Positions 36,681 through 49,320 of a stretch of 64,000 bases of DNA are shown here, piece by piece. Numbering within the stretch: position 1 is the first letter of the stretch; each line of letters begins with the position of its first letter. Under the pieces are notes generated by a model. The model was given only the letters and a program-made list of their open reading frames with translations. It made no database searches and was not told the origin of the DNA. This DNA is from Vicugna vicugna. Taxonomy: Eukaryota. The translations under genes were made by a program, and so were the position numbers. The stretch lies in the NCBI GenBank assembly GCA_013265495.1, contig MU058365.1, positions 310,001 through 374,000 of the forward strand, written 5' to 3'.

Positions 36681-38399
36681 GGCCTTCACAATGTGATCCT
36701 ACCTCAACTATCCAAACTGTCTCAGCAGATCGATTTTTTAGTCATACCAGTCTTCTTGTACCTGGAAAACTTGAGAAGACGTGGTCAAGAACCAGACTTT
36801 TCCTCTCACTTGGCGCCTTGTTTTTTTCTCAAGGCTGTGGCTGGGAAGTTCCCCACATCTATTTGACAGTTGCCTATGGACCAGATCCTGCCTGACTTGT
36901 GTGACTATTTTTATCCTATTCAAATCCTGATCCCCTTAAGGGATAGCTTAAGATCCCTCTCCTCCACAAAGCCCACAGGACCTACTGGCTGTACCACACA
37001 GTGTGACACGTGATAACGTACCACCATTTCGTGTGTGTATACCTGCATGTGTTATCTCCCCAGTAACTCCTGGGAAGAACCCAGCACGGTTTGGGAAGAC
37101 AGATGTCTATGAAATACCTGCCAGCTAAGAGGCCATATTTCGGGCCCATTCTGAAGTGCCCCCGGGGAAAATCTCTGTGCGAACCCTTCTAGCATCCTAC
37201 TCAGCGGTGACGTCAAGGGACTCTCTGGCTCTTGACAAGGAACACTGGGGAGCTACTGATCTTCCCTGTTATAAAGGCACTGGGGGAAATTGTAGCCATT
37301 GCTATTTTAGGGAGAAAGATGGCTCCAGAAACAGGCCCGATAATGACCAGGCTAAGAATAAACTTGGTGACAGACAGCAACTCCACGACTTAGATATTTG
37401 GCTAGGAAGGGAGTGCAGCCTCTGAAGCATTTCAGGTAGGTGTGGGCTTAGCAATCTGATCTGCTGCTACTTTCTGAGGTCAGCCTGCCGAAAGGCAGGC
37501 GCATGGCCTGGTGACCGGGTGGTGACTCCCGTGCCGTTAAGTACTCATTTATAGGCATCTGCACGGAGGTACCCACCCGAACAAACACTAAGAAGAAGCA
37601 AAGGAAAGTGCCCAGGACCTTAGTGTAGTCACTGTGTCAACAGCAATATCAGATAAAGTGTTTTTATGGCGGGGGGTGTGGTAGGGGGAAGAGTCGATGC
37701 ACCTGAGGTTGGTGAGTCAGAAACTTGGTGCCACATTATATGGCACCATGAAGCCACCTTATGTTCCAGCCACCCCATGGTGGCTGATGTCATATAATTA
37801 CCCTTGTGCTAACTGGGCCAAGAGGAAATGGACTGGATGGAAGCCAGAATAAGGTTTAGTTACCTCTTAGCCGAGCCACATTCAGCACCTATGAAGCCAA
37901 ATGGCTTCTGGGGACTCCTTTCTGTACCAGTGAAGCTATTGTCATTGTCAGCCGGATAATGGTTGGCTTTATAGGTATCACGGTTTTTTTGCTTGCCTGT
38001 CCTTGAGACAAATATGTTTTCATCTAAATGTATTCAAATGAGCCACACACAAGTTGCCCAGTTATGGTATCTCAAGCAGGAACAGGGTCCAGACAATTCC
38101 TGTTGGCTGAACCAGGACTGAACTTAATCCTAGACTGACTCAGCCTCTCTGTTAAAGTTGTTTGAAATTCTGATATCCCGCCAGAGATTGTTTCTAAAGA
38201 GTTCTCAGTGTGAAGTATGAATCACAAATGAATGGACCCTTGGGAGATCAAAAGCGCAGGCTTTCAGTATGATTTCAGCACACATTGCTCGATTGCCTGT
38301 GATGTGAGGGCCTCGTGTTATGTGGGCTGTAAGGAAACCCCCTCCCCTCCATTTAGTGGGTAAGAACATAAAGCAGAAGATTTGAAAAGTGCCACGCAG

Positions 38400-39480
38400 T
38401 GAATACAAACAAGGGGACTGGGACAGTTCAGATGACGAAGAGGTTCTTCAGGAAAGACGTAGCATCTAAACTTGCCCTTGAAGCACAAGTGTGAGTTTTA
38501 AAAGTGCTGGATGGGACTAATAGGCATTCCAAGCGAATGTGATAGACGAGTGAGTAATGCAGTTTGGTTTGGACAAGTAGTGTGGTGCACTTAGGAAGGA
38601 CGCAGAGGTAAAGCTGAAAGGGGAGAGGGAAAGAGGAAGGAATCACTATTTTTTTTGAGTGCCTACTGTGTGCAGGAACGGCCAGGACTTTAAATACATG
38701 ATTTCATTTAATCTCTACAATAATGATCTTCTTGGGTGGGTGGTGGTAAGCCGTGTTTTTTTTTACCCACAAGGAAACTCAAGAGGTTAGGCCACCCCTC
38801 AAAGTCACACATATCTAATCTGTGACAGAGTTGAAATGTGAAACCAGGTTGTCTGATTCCAAAGTCAGTGCAGAGCCCCGATTTGATAGGCTAAGGAGTT
38901 TGAGTTTAATTCAGGGGAAGAGTCACTGATGGTATTTGAACAGGACAGTGATATGATCAGAGCCATCTTCAGGAGATTGTTCTTGCAGAGACAGAGAGAT
39001 TTAGAATGGTGAGAGATTAGAGACTAGTTAGTGGTCTGTTGTAACTGTTCAGACTCCAGAGACACAGAGAAGGTTAGGTTTCCAAAGATGAGTTTAACTG
39101 ATTGGATACAGGGAGGAGGAATCATAATGACTCCAAGGTGCTCAGCCTGGATCTCTAGGAAAATGATGGTGCCATTAACAAAAGTAGGTGACTTAAGAGC
39201 GGTTACTGGTTTAGGGTGGAGGACAGGGAGAAGGTGTGATGTAGGTTTGGCATATTTGAGTTTGAGGTACCCATAAGACTACAAAGAAAGAATGTCCAGT
39301 AGACCTTTTGAAGTGCAGGAGAATTTGACTTTGGAGACAAATTTTGGAATTATCATCGACGATATGGGAGTGAATAAGAAATGCCAGAGAGGGATAATGG
39401 AAATCGGAGGACAGAACCCTGTATCTAAATGAGAAGAAGAAGAGAAGAAAAGGAAGAGGCAACAAATGAGGGGCAGTTAG
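38400..39480 (-). mobile_element. L2 fragment interrupted by a MIR (~38645-38870)
   Basis: L2 antisense motifs 'ggctaaggagtttgagtttaattc', 'gaacaggacagtgatatgatcaga', 'atgactccaaggtgctcagcctgg..gatggtgccattaac'; MIR 'ttgagtgcctactgtgtgc..atttcatttaatc'. Confidence 0.75.
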
Positions 39481-42400
39481 AGGAATGGAGCAACTGGAAC
39501 AGTATTACGTCATGAACAGCAAGCGAGGAGAGGGTCAAGAAGGAGATGACTCTAGAGATCAGAAGGAATTTAGGGATGTTTATCTTGCTTTAGCATCAAC
39601 CCCCTTTCTTAGCAAACAACTGGCACCATTAAGTTCAAATATGTCCCCCCTCCCCCCTTTTTTTTTTCTGCTTTCAACTCTGTTACGGAGGAAATTAGGC
39701 AATAAGAGAACTGGCTATTAAAGATGTGTTTGGCGGTCACATTTTAAATTTAAGCTAGTGAAAGCTCTCAGTTTTACTGCTAGCAAAATAAAAAGTCTCA
39801 AGTCTTGCCCTAAAGCATTGGAGGTTTAGTTCCCACAAAGGCTTTTATAATTTGGGGGCTTCTGTCCTCTTCCTCTGTGATTCTCCCTGTGGTCCAGCAA
39901 GTCTCCTTTCATTACGTTCAGTACATGAAATCCATGCCCAGGATTCAGGATTCCGGGTTGCAAGTCCAATATGCATTGCGTTGCCTCGTCAACCTAATTT
40001 GTGAAATGGGTGGTACTAATTAAAGGAGAATAAAATAGCTAATGAAGGATTGTAAAGCACTTTGCTAATATAAAATGCAACATCAAAGCTGAGTAATAGT
40101 CTTAATTTAGGGTGAAGGGTTCCATTAGCAGAATAAAAATAAAAAGGACAAAGGGTAGTGTTGCTTTGTACCTTGGTAACTGTGTGCAAATCAAAAGTGT
40201 TGCTATCGATCCCCGTTGCTCTGTGGACTCTCAACCCAGGAGTTTGGCTCCCCTCCCTAACTCTCTCAAGTACTTCCCTTACTCACAAAGTGTGATGATG
40301 GCACCTCCCCGAATCTCCTGACAAACGCAAACAGGAACCTCCATTCAGCAGAGCTCCCTTGATAACTGAGAAGGTTCCTCTTCCACTTATCAGCGCTTTG
40401 ATTACCTTTTGGTACCTCTTACCATCTGCGCTTAGCAAGAAGAATAAAGGGGTTTGAGCAAGTAGGAAGTAACAAAGAACCCGCAGTTCACAGAGAGCAA
40501 GCCAAGGGATGTCTGGAATATTTGAACATACGAGCCCATTTGGCGTGAGGCAGCCGACCTGCATCCTCGGGGTCAGAGGAGGCTGGAGAGCAGATCCAGC
40601 TGCTGGGAGCCTGAAACAAAGGAAAGGTGATGCTATCGCATGGCTCCTCACTGAAGTCTTGAAATTCTGGGCTTCAGGCACATCAACTTTTTAGGGTATA
40701 AAGGATCTAAAGGTAAGAAAAAAGACCCACTCTGAAAAAAGATGGGATACTGTTGGGAGTAAATCACCAATGAGTTTTTCCATCCCTTTCCGTGCAGATC
40801 ACTGGTCCAAGTCCTCATAAAATGTTAGTAGGGACTGAAGTTCACCTGAGACACTCAGCCACCACTGCGGCCTAAAGCCAGTGGAGGGCAAGAGTTTCTT
40901 TGGGTCAATTCTGCGGGGACGATAAATAAATAAAATAGTTTTTAATAGTCTCCAAATGACTCCTGCCCTGAAGGAGCTTCCCATCAGATCTAGAAGGCAG
41001 GTTAAAGGGTCCAAAGTGGCAAGGGAGCCCTTCCAAAACAGTGAAGCAAGAGCAGGTTAGTCTCCCATTCATTCCACCTTCTCCCGATGTGCATTTGCAT
41101 CCTCTGTGTGTTGTTTCACAAATTGCCTTAAGACTTTTGTGCATAAGCGTGTGTGTGCATGGCTGTGGATCTACTGCCAGATTTTAGTCTCTTGAGAGCA
41201 GAAGTTATTCCCTTTTTTTTTTTTTTGGCAGGGAGATGCATTAAAGATTATGCTTGACTTGCACAATGATACTGAGGAAAGACAATAAAAATATTTCTGG
41301 GGATGGGTTACTAAGCAGGAAGTTTATCCCTAAAGAACTGAGTTGTTCAGGGTTATGGAGGAGAATTTAGGCATGATATAAAAGGGAAGGAAGAGAACTC
41401 TCCCTTGCGAAGAGGTCAAAATACTATAAAGCTGACTTTTAAATTTACGCAAAATATACAGAAGGAGCTGAAGAGAAAGCAGAAATCTGAAAATAATCAT
41501 ATCCTGATCAGATGACAAGGCAGCTACCAAACATATTTGGCCTCAAACCTGTTTATTAGAATAGATCATTCAACATACATTTTTCCCCCCGTAACTTCTA
41601 TTCTGGACCTGACATTATACTAGAGGGTGAATAAGACCTAGTCCCTGACTTGGAGGAGCTCAGCATGTACTTTACAGGAGGGAGGACAGGACTAGCGTTC
41701 TGTTGAACATCTCTTAAGACCCAGGCGTTCTGCTGGAGGAACTGGGTAAGAGGGTGGGTTGCAGTGGAACACTGACTGATACAACTAACTGTAAGAGGTA
41801 GGTGTCCTTTGAGAATTTTGAGGACATCACTTCAGGAGACTAGCTGGGGGAAGTATTTAATTCTCGAGGCTGAAGGCTGGTCAGAGGGTTAGAGAAGGAC
41901 CCAGTGTGGGCTGGGCTGGGAGGGCGAGGGCAAAAAGACATAGGGAGCTATAGGACTTAGATCTTGCAGGCTCTGGCTCACAGGGGAATGGGTGGTGCCC
42001 CTGGTTTTCTCTGTAGAGCCGAGGAGATGGGGGAAAGGTCCACGGGAAGAGAAAGTGAAAGGAAAGGAGCAGGGAACCAAACTGCTTTCCCATCATACAC
42101 ATTCTCGGTAAAAGGTTTTGAGGAGCAAAGACGATGTTTTTCTGGGTTTATTCTCTTTAATACCTAGAACTCTGCCATAAGAGGCCACTTAGATATCTTA
42201 CTTTTTAGTTCCTAGGAGCTCAAGAGATGCTGCTTTTAGGAATTCCTAAAATATTCAGAGGATGGAAATACCAGCTGGCACCAGTGCCAAGATATCCAGG
42301 CACCATCCATAGAGACCCAGTGAGGCGCTGAGCCCGAAATGGTAGTCCCTCCTCGGCTCCCACAGCACCACCTCTCACTTTTCCTTTTATCCCCTGCCTA

Positions 42401-44682
42401 GCAGGCTGCACTGTGGGTGGGAATAAAAATCGACTCTCCTTTCGCATCCAGGCGGCTGCCAGCGGTCTGTTTGCCTTGTTCTTTGCTGGCAAATCATTAA
42501 ACAGTCCCCCCAAAGAGGCCTCTTCCCCAGGGCCACCGCATGGACGGGGGTTCAGAGCTGTGGTCAAAGGGCTGTCAGCAGCCGGGCTGGAGCCCTTGGG
42601 CTGTCTCCTACACAAGCCTCCCCTGACGGCTGCCTCTTCTGAACAGAAGCCTCCTTGGCCTGATCTCAACCCCTAGTGGCTTCTGAGGCGAGACTCTGGG
42701 CATCCGTGTTGGCTGTGGCTTGAACCGTTTTGTCCTCCTCCTCCTGATGCAGTTTCTAACTGCAACTTCCCCTGTATTTCCTCTATTGTTTCTTGATGAA
42801 GCACAGGCCCATGCTCCATATTTTTTCCACTTTGCAGTGTGAGTGGAGCAGTGTACGTTACTGCTCAGGAGCTGGGGGGTGGGAATCAGCCAAGCTCCAT
42901 AGCTTCACCCCATCCCCACTCGCAATGTGACAGTTAAAGCCTGAGCATGGATTTAGTTAAGCCGGCCCACTTGGATACAGTATCTGCCCTCAAAGGGCTT
43001 ATAAAGCAGACCAGGAAGACAGCAATGTGGAGCAGAGTCTGCAGGGCGATTTGAAATCCCTACCACCTCTGAGCAGGAGACTAGGCTTCTTTCAAGATGT
43101 GGGCTGTGGGTGTGACACTACCCGCTTCCAGCAGGTTTCCTAAGTTCCTACCATCGCTGGCATGAGTTTGGCTAGAACAAGAACGGCAGAGTAAGAAAGC
43201 AGACTGTGTCAAGGCTGTTTGCAGTTAGCAGGCTGGGTTACGTGTGAGAGTTAACTGCCTCACTGTGGTAAGAGTTAAGGCCACGCCTAGGAAGGGACCT
43301 GTCCGAAGCCTCCTTAGACCCTTATGCTGGAAACGTGAGGAGTGGGTGTTACCCCTGGCGATACTGCCACCTGCGTCAAGACCTCATCTTTTCTTTCTCT
43401 TTGAACAAGACTTGGCTGGCTGTACGCGGGACCTCAGTGGTGCCTCCTACAGGATGGAGGTCAGAGGTGGTGGCAGGATCTCCCTAGGACAGTGCTCACT
43501 GACCAAGTGGCAGAACTCAGATGACATTTCAGGAACTTTTGTTCGGATTCTTGGCAGTTTGAGCCCCGAGTCCCTCACCTGGTGGAAGGAAAGTGTCCAA
43601 ACCACGTGCCTGGGGTGTCTTCTAAGGTCCTGACCTTTGTGGGCCTCAGATCCTTGGTATTGTATTTCATAGTCTTCCTTCCAAAGCACAATGATGTAAC
43701 TCAAATGATGTTCAGTGGGCTCCCTCTCCTTTGCTCTTAACTTCATGAGTAGCTTCTGGGTGCCCCTGTAACTAGAGGTCATTCTGGGCTGAGTCAGGAC
43801 AAAACTTGTTTCTACATGGGAATATAGTAGACAGAAACTCTGCCTCTTGGGTGGTTGAGGCTTTTCTCCGTCTCGCTCCCTGGTTACTGCCAAATAAGGT
43901 TTCTTCTCTGATACAGTTTCTTTCAAAAGCAACTCAGTTAGCTCTTTTTTCTTTCTTCACCCTTTCTTCTTCTTGCTTATGACCCTGTGAACCATCCATA
44001 CCAAGATGCCAAGCAGAGTGTGGGGTCAGGAAAACCATACCATGGGACCATCGTAGGGCAAAGAGGTCCAGTTACATCCTGGAGCTTGGACACGAGCTGA
44101 GACAGGGACAGGTGAATTTGTAAACTGAAGAATGAAGTCTTTAATGTGGGGTGAGACGGTGGGGCAGATGGCAGTCTGGCTGAATGTCTATTATTTGGGC
44201 CTGAGTTTCTGTGACCTCTAATTTCAGGACACACCTTTCTCATCCTAAACAAACATGGATTATTCACTGGGAAAGCATCTCTGAGCAGCGTCTGGGTCTG
44301 GCTGCCTTGTTGTGGCTGGAAGAGACGAGATAAGCCTGAGGGGAGAGAAAGGAAGCTGAGGCTGCTGGGCAGAAAAAGCTTCGGCCCAGAGGGAAAAGAG
44401 GCAGACAGACCTGGCTCCTGTCTTGTTGCTAAGAATGATTCAAGTTTGAAAATTCTAAAAATGCAGGTCCTGAAGACTTCCGTCCGGGCGCAGTGGTCCT
44501 CACTTGCTGATGATCATTGTAGCGCACGGAACACTGCCCAACGTGTGGACCTGGAGGTGGCATGGGGGAGTGTTCAGAACTGAGGTTGAATTTAGGAGAC
44601 TTCAACCTCCTTCTACGCGTTATGAAACGGAGGGCAGTCTGTAACGGAGGCTCACGTGCCTCATCTGTACAAAGCAAGTTTT

Positions 44683-44837
44683 TTTTTAACTTTAATTTTA
44701 TTTTTCAGGGACGAGGTCATTAGTTCGGTTTATTTATTTATTTTTATTGTTATTTTTTAAATGGAGGTACTGGGGATCGAACCCAGGACCATTTGCATGC
44801 TAAGCATGTGCTCTACCACTGAGCTATACCCTCCCCC
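44683..44837 (-). mobile_element. tRNA-Ala(AGC)-derived SINE (Vic-1-like), full length with perfect 14-bp TSD
   Basis: Reverse complement 'gggggagggtatagctcagtggtagagcacatgcttagcatgcaaatggtcctgggttcgatccccagtacctcca' + AT-rich tail. TSD ACAAAGCAAGTTTT at 44669-44682 and 44838-44851. Confidence 0.88.
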
Positions 44838-46264
44838 ACAAAGCAAGTTTTGAAGTTCCGTCAAAGGTCTGGACCAGGCTCGGCTGTTAGCAATTCACAT
44901 CTTTCTTATAAACTGTATGGCAGTTGGATTCAAATTAAGTTGTATTCATTCTTCCACCAGATTCTAGGGGCCAACATTATGCAAAGCCCCAGACTGGCCT
45001 TTGGTGGGCTCGGCGCCCCCCTCTCAGACTTAGTCACCCTGCTTTGTGTGGGAACTTGGCACAGGCCTTCACCCCTTCTCTTGTCGGCCCTCTTGCTCGC
45101 CAGCACCTCCGCCCCCCAAGGAGGTTTTCTGAACCCAGTTAGAAATCCCGGAGACCTGTCATCCATCCTCTCCCTGCTAGTCCCTTCCCATCAGGTGGCC
45201 CAAGGCTATGCTTCTCTCATCCCACCAACATTAGTTTCTTTTGTACCTTAAAAAAAAAAAATTAAGTTGAGCAGGCATACGTTTTCCTTGTTAAAAAAAA
45301 TTTAACAAAACAGAGAAAGGGAAACTCCTCTTGACATTTCCCCAGCCTCCCACCTGAATTTACTAGGAAACACAGCCCTCCCGAAGAGGGAGTGACACGG
45401 GTAAAGGTATATATGTGAATGAGGTCTAGAAGTTTCCAAATCCAAGCCCAAACAATTGCTGTTAGGATCTCGCCTGTAGACATGGGCCCTGACCTCCTTA
45501 AATAAAGAGCCAGACGACCGAGCTGGGCCTTGGAGACCGTTCTGGTGCTGGGAGCCAGAAGCAGCAACTCCAGGCCGGTCTGCCTTTTCCCAACCCCCTC
45601 GCTACAGGAGCTTGACTTTATGATGCTGGTGTGTCCTGCCGCCTGAGATAAAAGTCAGGGAGTTCTAAGTTCAGGTAATGGGGGGTTGCATAGGAGAGAA
45701 TGATTATAAAATCTGAAAAGAGGAAATGGGGAGAAGGCGCCTTTGATGCCTGGCCAATGTTCCTGATTACAAAGGCAAAATTTGTAGCTGGCAGTAAAGT
45801 TACCTGTCCAAGGCCTGGGTGAAGGTCTGTAAGTGGAATCAGAGAAGGAAGAGATTATTGCGGCAGAGCCGGGCGGGGAGGAGGGAGGCTGGGAAACAGG
45901 AGACAGTAAAGAATTGCTTGCAAAAGCACACACCCCAAGAGGAGGAGATGCCACGGATAAAGTAAGATCAGCATTAAGTTCGGGGCTCAGTTGAGCCCTG
46001 GAATGCCCTTTGTGAGGAGGTAATGAGATCACATGGCCTCCTTCATGGGAAGGAGGCGGGCTGAGAACTGGAAGAGCTTGTTCAGTGGGGTTTGGAGGGC
46101 TGAGCACTGGAGGGAAGTGACCGTGGATAATGAGCTGTCCCAGACTGCGCCTGGAGGAAGGCTGGCCTTCAGAGGCGCTGTGACCATCACCAAGGGAGAA
46201 TTAGTCAGAAAGGGCTTTGTCCCTTCCAGGAATGAGGAGGGATTTTATTCTTGCGGATGCAGTC

Positions 46265-46475
46265 ATAAAAGCAACCACCATTTAATGAGCACTTACTGAG
46301 TGGCAGGCTCTGTGCTGGCGTATGTCCACTGTCTGCCGTCTTCACGATCATCAGGAGGCATTTTTGATTCCATTCTGAAGATGAGGAATTTAAGTCTCAG
46401 ACAAGCTAAGTAATAACCTGCCCACGGTCACACAGGTAAATGATGGAGTCTGAATCTGAACCTTAGGTCTGTTTG
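46265..46475 (-). mobile_element. MIR
   Basis: 'accatttaatgagcacttactgagtggcaggctctgtgct...cccattctgaagatgaggaa'-like core and 'aagtaataacctgcccacggtcacacag'. Confidence 0.75.
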
Positions 46476-47899
46476 GGGAGGGAAGGCAAAAATCAGAACA
46501 AATAAGTTTAAGGAGAAGGACAGAGATGCAGACTACAAACTCAAGAATACGAAATACAACACACACCACTGAAGACCTGTGTCTTTATGGAGGTGTTTAA
46601 AATGCTTGTGCAAAGCCGAGTTCTCAGCCAGAGCGGCCTGGACCCTAAGAGCGAGTCCTCTTAATTTGCCTCTCATGGCAGGGACAGGGGGTCGCATCTC
46701 CTGGCCTTTCAGGAAGATGCAATTAACCAATCCTTAAGGCCGCCAAGTTCCCAGGAGCCGTCCCCAACCACACCCTCCCCGAATCGTGCAAGCGCATGTC
46801 TCCTGGCCCTCTCCTGGCATCACTGAGGGGACAAGTGGCCTGATGCAGAAATCATGTTTGCATCTTTGTTATTAGCAGATCTTGCACCCCAAGGAGGCAG
46901 ATGCACTTAGATCTGTTTTCTTCTTAGGAGCCCTCTTCCCCAGCTGACATTCCCCGGAGGTAGTGAACAGCATCCTGGTCACATGGCCTTTTCTTGGTTT
47001 CTGAGAAACTCGCACTGTGAAAGAGTCAAACGACGCAAAAGTGTCGTGAGCGTGGTTTTCACGCCACAAATAGGACTATACGAGAAATACCCATGATACT
47101 TTATTTTCTTATGATCAACTTAGGTCTGACTTCAAAGTCTGTCCCACTAAGGTAGATGGAATTTGTTTTCGTGGGAACTTCCCTCTCACACACCAGCCCA
47201 AACTGAAATATCTAAGGGACCCCTCTGCTACTTGTCCACACTGGTCATCACCAACACGCCCTTTGTCCAAGCTCAAGCGTTCCCTTGAAGTCCACGTAGT
47301 TGCAGCATCCCTGCCAGGGCCCAGCCTGGGCCTGCGGCATCTCTGCCTGGGGTCCCCCCCCTTCCAGGTCATGGGCTGCAGAGTCCCACAACTTGGCACA
47401 TCTCCAGGCTCCTCCTCCCACCCTCGGGATTCCAGGGACTCTGTCTACCTGCCCCCCCTCCCCCAGGCTCACCCTCACATTTCCTCAGTGCAGTTCAGCA
47501 GTTCAAAAGGCAGGAAGATGGGTCTTCAGCAACACCTTTGGTAAATGCGCCCGAGGCGAGGAAATAGAAGGGAAGGCTCTCTTCTTGGGACGGGAGGAGG
47601 GGAAAGACAGGAACAAACTGCAGATAGCTCCCATTCTTTCTTATTCTTCCACAACCGCACAAAATAAAACTCAAATTAATACTTCAGCAGATTGTCCTAT
47701 GATGGAAGCAATCAAAGCAGCACACCAAATTCTCTCTCTCCCCTCTCTAATTCCTCTCCCAAAGCCACCATTATCAGGATTTTGATGTGCATTGTGTTGT
47801 CTTTATGGGTAACTATTGGTTATCTGGTTGTAAACATTCAATATTTAATTAAGAAAAACCTATGTAGCAGGCGGTGGAGGTGGGTCACAGCCCCAGGGA

Positions 47900-48720
47900 G
47901 AGGGAGGTACACAGACAAGGAAAGTACCATGCAGAAATACAGGGTGCTAAGAGGGCCCAGAGGGGAGGCCTCTAACCCATCCTGACAGAGCAGCAAGCAC
48001 CAGAAGTGCTTGGGGACTGGAAACGAGTTATTTCTGGAGATGAAGGCCAGAGCTGGAGCAGGCAGAGCCTTTTAAGCTGTGTTTAAAAGCGCAGGCTTTA
48101 TTCTCAGAGCTATGAGGAGCCTTTTCAGAGCCTCAGGAGGAAGAGTGACGCGCCCAGATTAGCAGTTCAGACCACCTTGGCTTCAGTATAGACAACGGGT
48201 GGGGTGAGGTGCCCCCAGCTAAGTGGTGGTTTCAGTAAATTAGCATCACAGTGATGGTGGCCTGTGTGGGAGTAGCTGTCACGGGGATGGTGGAAAGAGG
48301 ACAAATAAGAGAAACGTTGAGGAGATAGAATTGTTAAGAGTTTGGTGATTGGGGGGTGGGGTGGGTGAAGGAGATTAGCTGGGCCGAGGAAGACAACATC
48401 TGACTTGAGTGACACGTTCCCAAGGATTAAGGAGAGTGGTTCCAGTCTCTGAAACAGAGAACACTGGAGGGATAAAATGATCACTTCAATTGTGAACATC
48501 CCGAGTTTGAAGTGTTTCATTTAAGGATCTTCAAGCAGAAACAACCAGCCGCCATGTGGGGTCTGGAGCTCGAGAGTGGTCTGGGCTGGACATCTGTAAT
48601 TTTACCACCTCTGTGTGGAAACCCCAGCCTTGGGATTGGCTGAGGTCGCCCAGGGGGACCGTGGAGAGTGAAAAGAGAAGAGGGCCTAGGTCATTCCTGG
48701 AAGTCACCACCATTTCAGGG
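47900..48720 (-). mobile_element. L2 fragment
   Basis: 'ctttattctcagagctatgaggagcc', 'ttcaattgtgaacatcccgagtttgaagtg', 'gagtggtctgggctggacat', 'agagtgaaaagagaagagggcctagg'. Confidence 0.7.
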
Positions 48721-48919
48721 CTTTGTATTTGGGCCCACATGCTTTAGGAATCTATAATTAGGAAGGCAGATTTTCTTGGTCGTGGATTGGGGGAAGGTAT
48801 TGTGTTTTCAAAGTCAAATTTGCTGTTTTTTGTTGGTGTTGTGTTTGTTTTGTTGTTTGTTTCTTTTGTTTTGCTTTGGTTTTTACCTTATCCTACTTCT
48901 TTCCATTTCTTCTGACCCT

Positions 48920-49320
48920 CTGATCTCGGCTGTGTCGTCCTGGGCATGTTGCTTAAGTGTTCAGTGCCTCAGTTTCCCCATCTTTAAAATAGAGACAGTT
49001 ATAGAGTTGTTATGAGGATAAAAAGAGTTAATACACAAAAGCGCGTGAAACTATCACTGGCCCACTGTATTTACTCAACAAATGTAAATTATCACCATCA
49101 TCATCGTTAGCATGGACAATGGAGGGTTGACTGCAGTTCCTTTGGAGTTACCTGGCTCCAGAGGGTGGAGTCAGACAGAACTGGGTCCTAATCTTGTGTG
49201 ACCTTAATTTCTCTGAGCCTCAAGCTTCTTTCTGTTCTTTAAGTGGGAATGATCACACCTACCTCGCAGTGAGATAGCATCTACATGCTCTGGCATGCCA
49301 AAGGCATTTACTAATGGTTC
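48920..49320 (+). mobile_element. Two adjacent MIR fragments
   Basis: 'gtgcctcagtttccccatctttaaaatagaga...gttatgaggataaaa' and 'ggagtcagacagaactgggtcctaatc...tctctgagcctc'. Confidence 0.7.

Noticed and set aside
43361..43378. CTCF-like motif on the minus strand (GACGCAGGTGGCAGTA)
   Set aside because: 5' core positions mismatch the consensus; cannot be supported without a PWM score or ChIP data.
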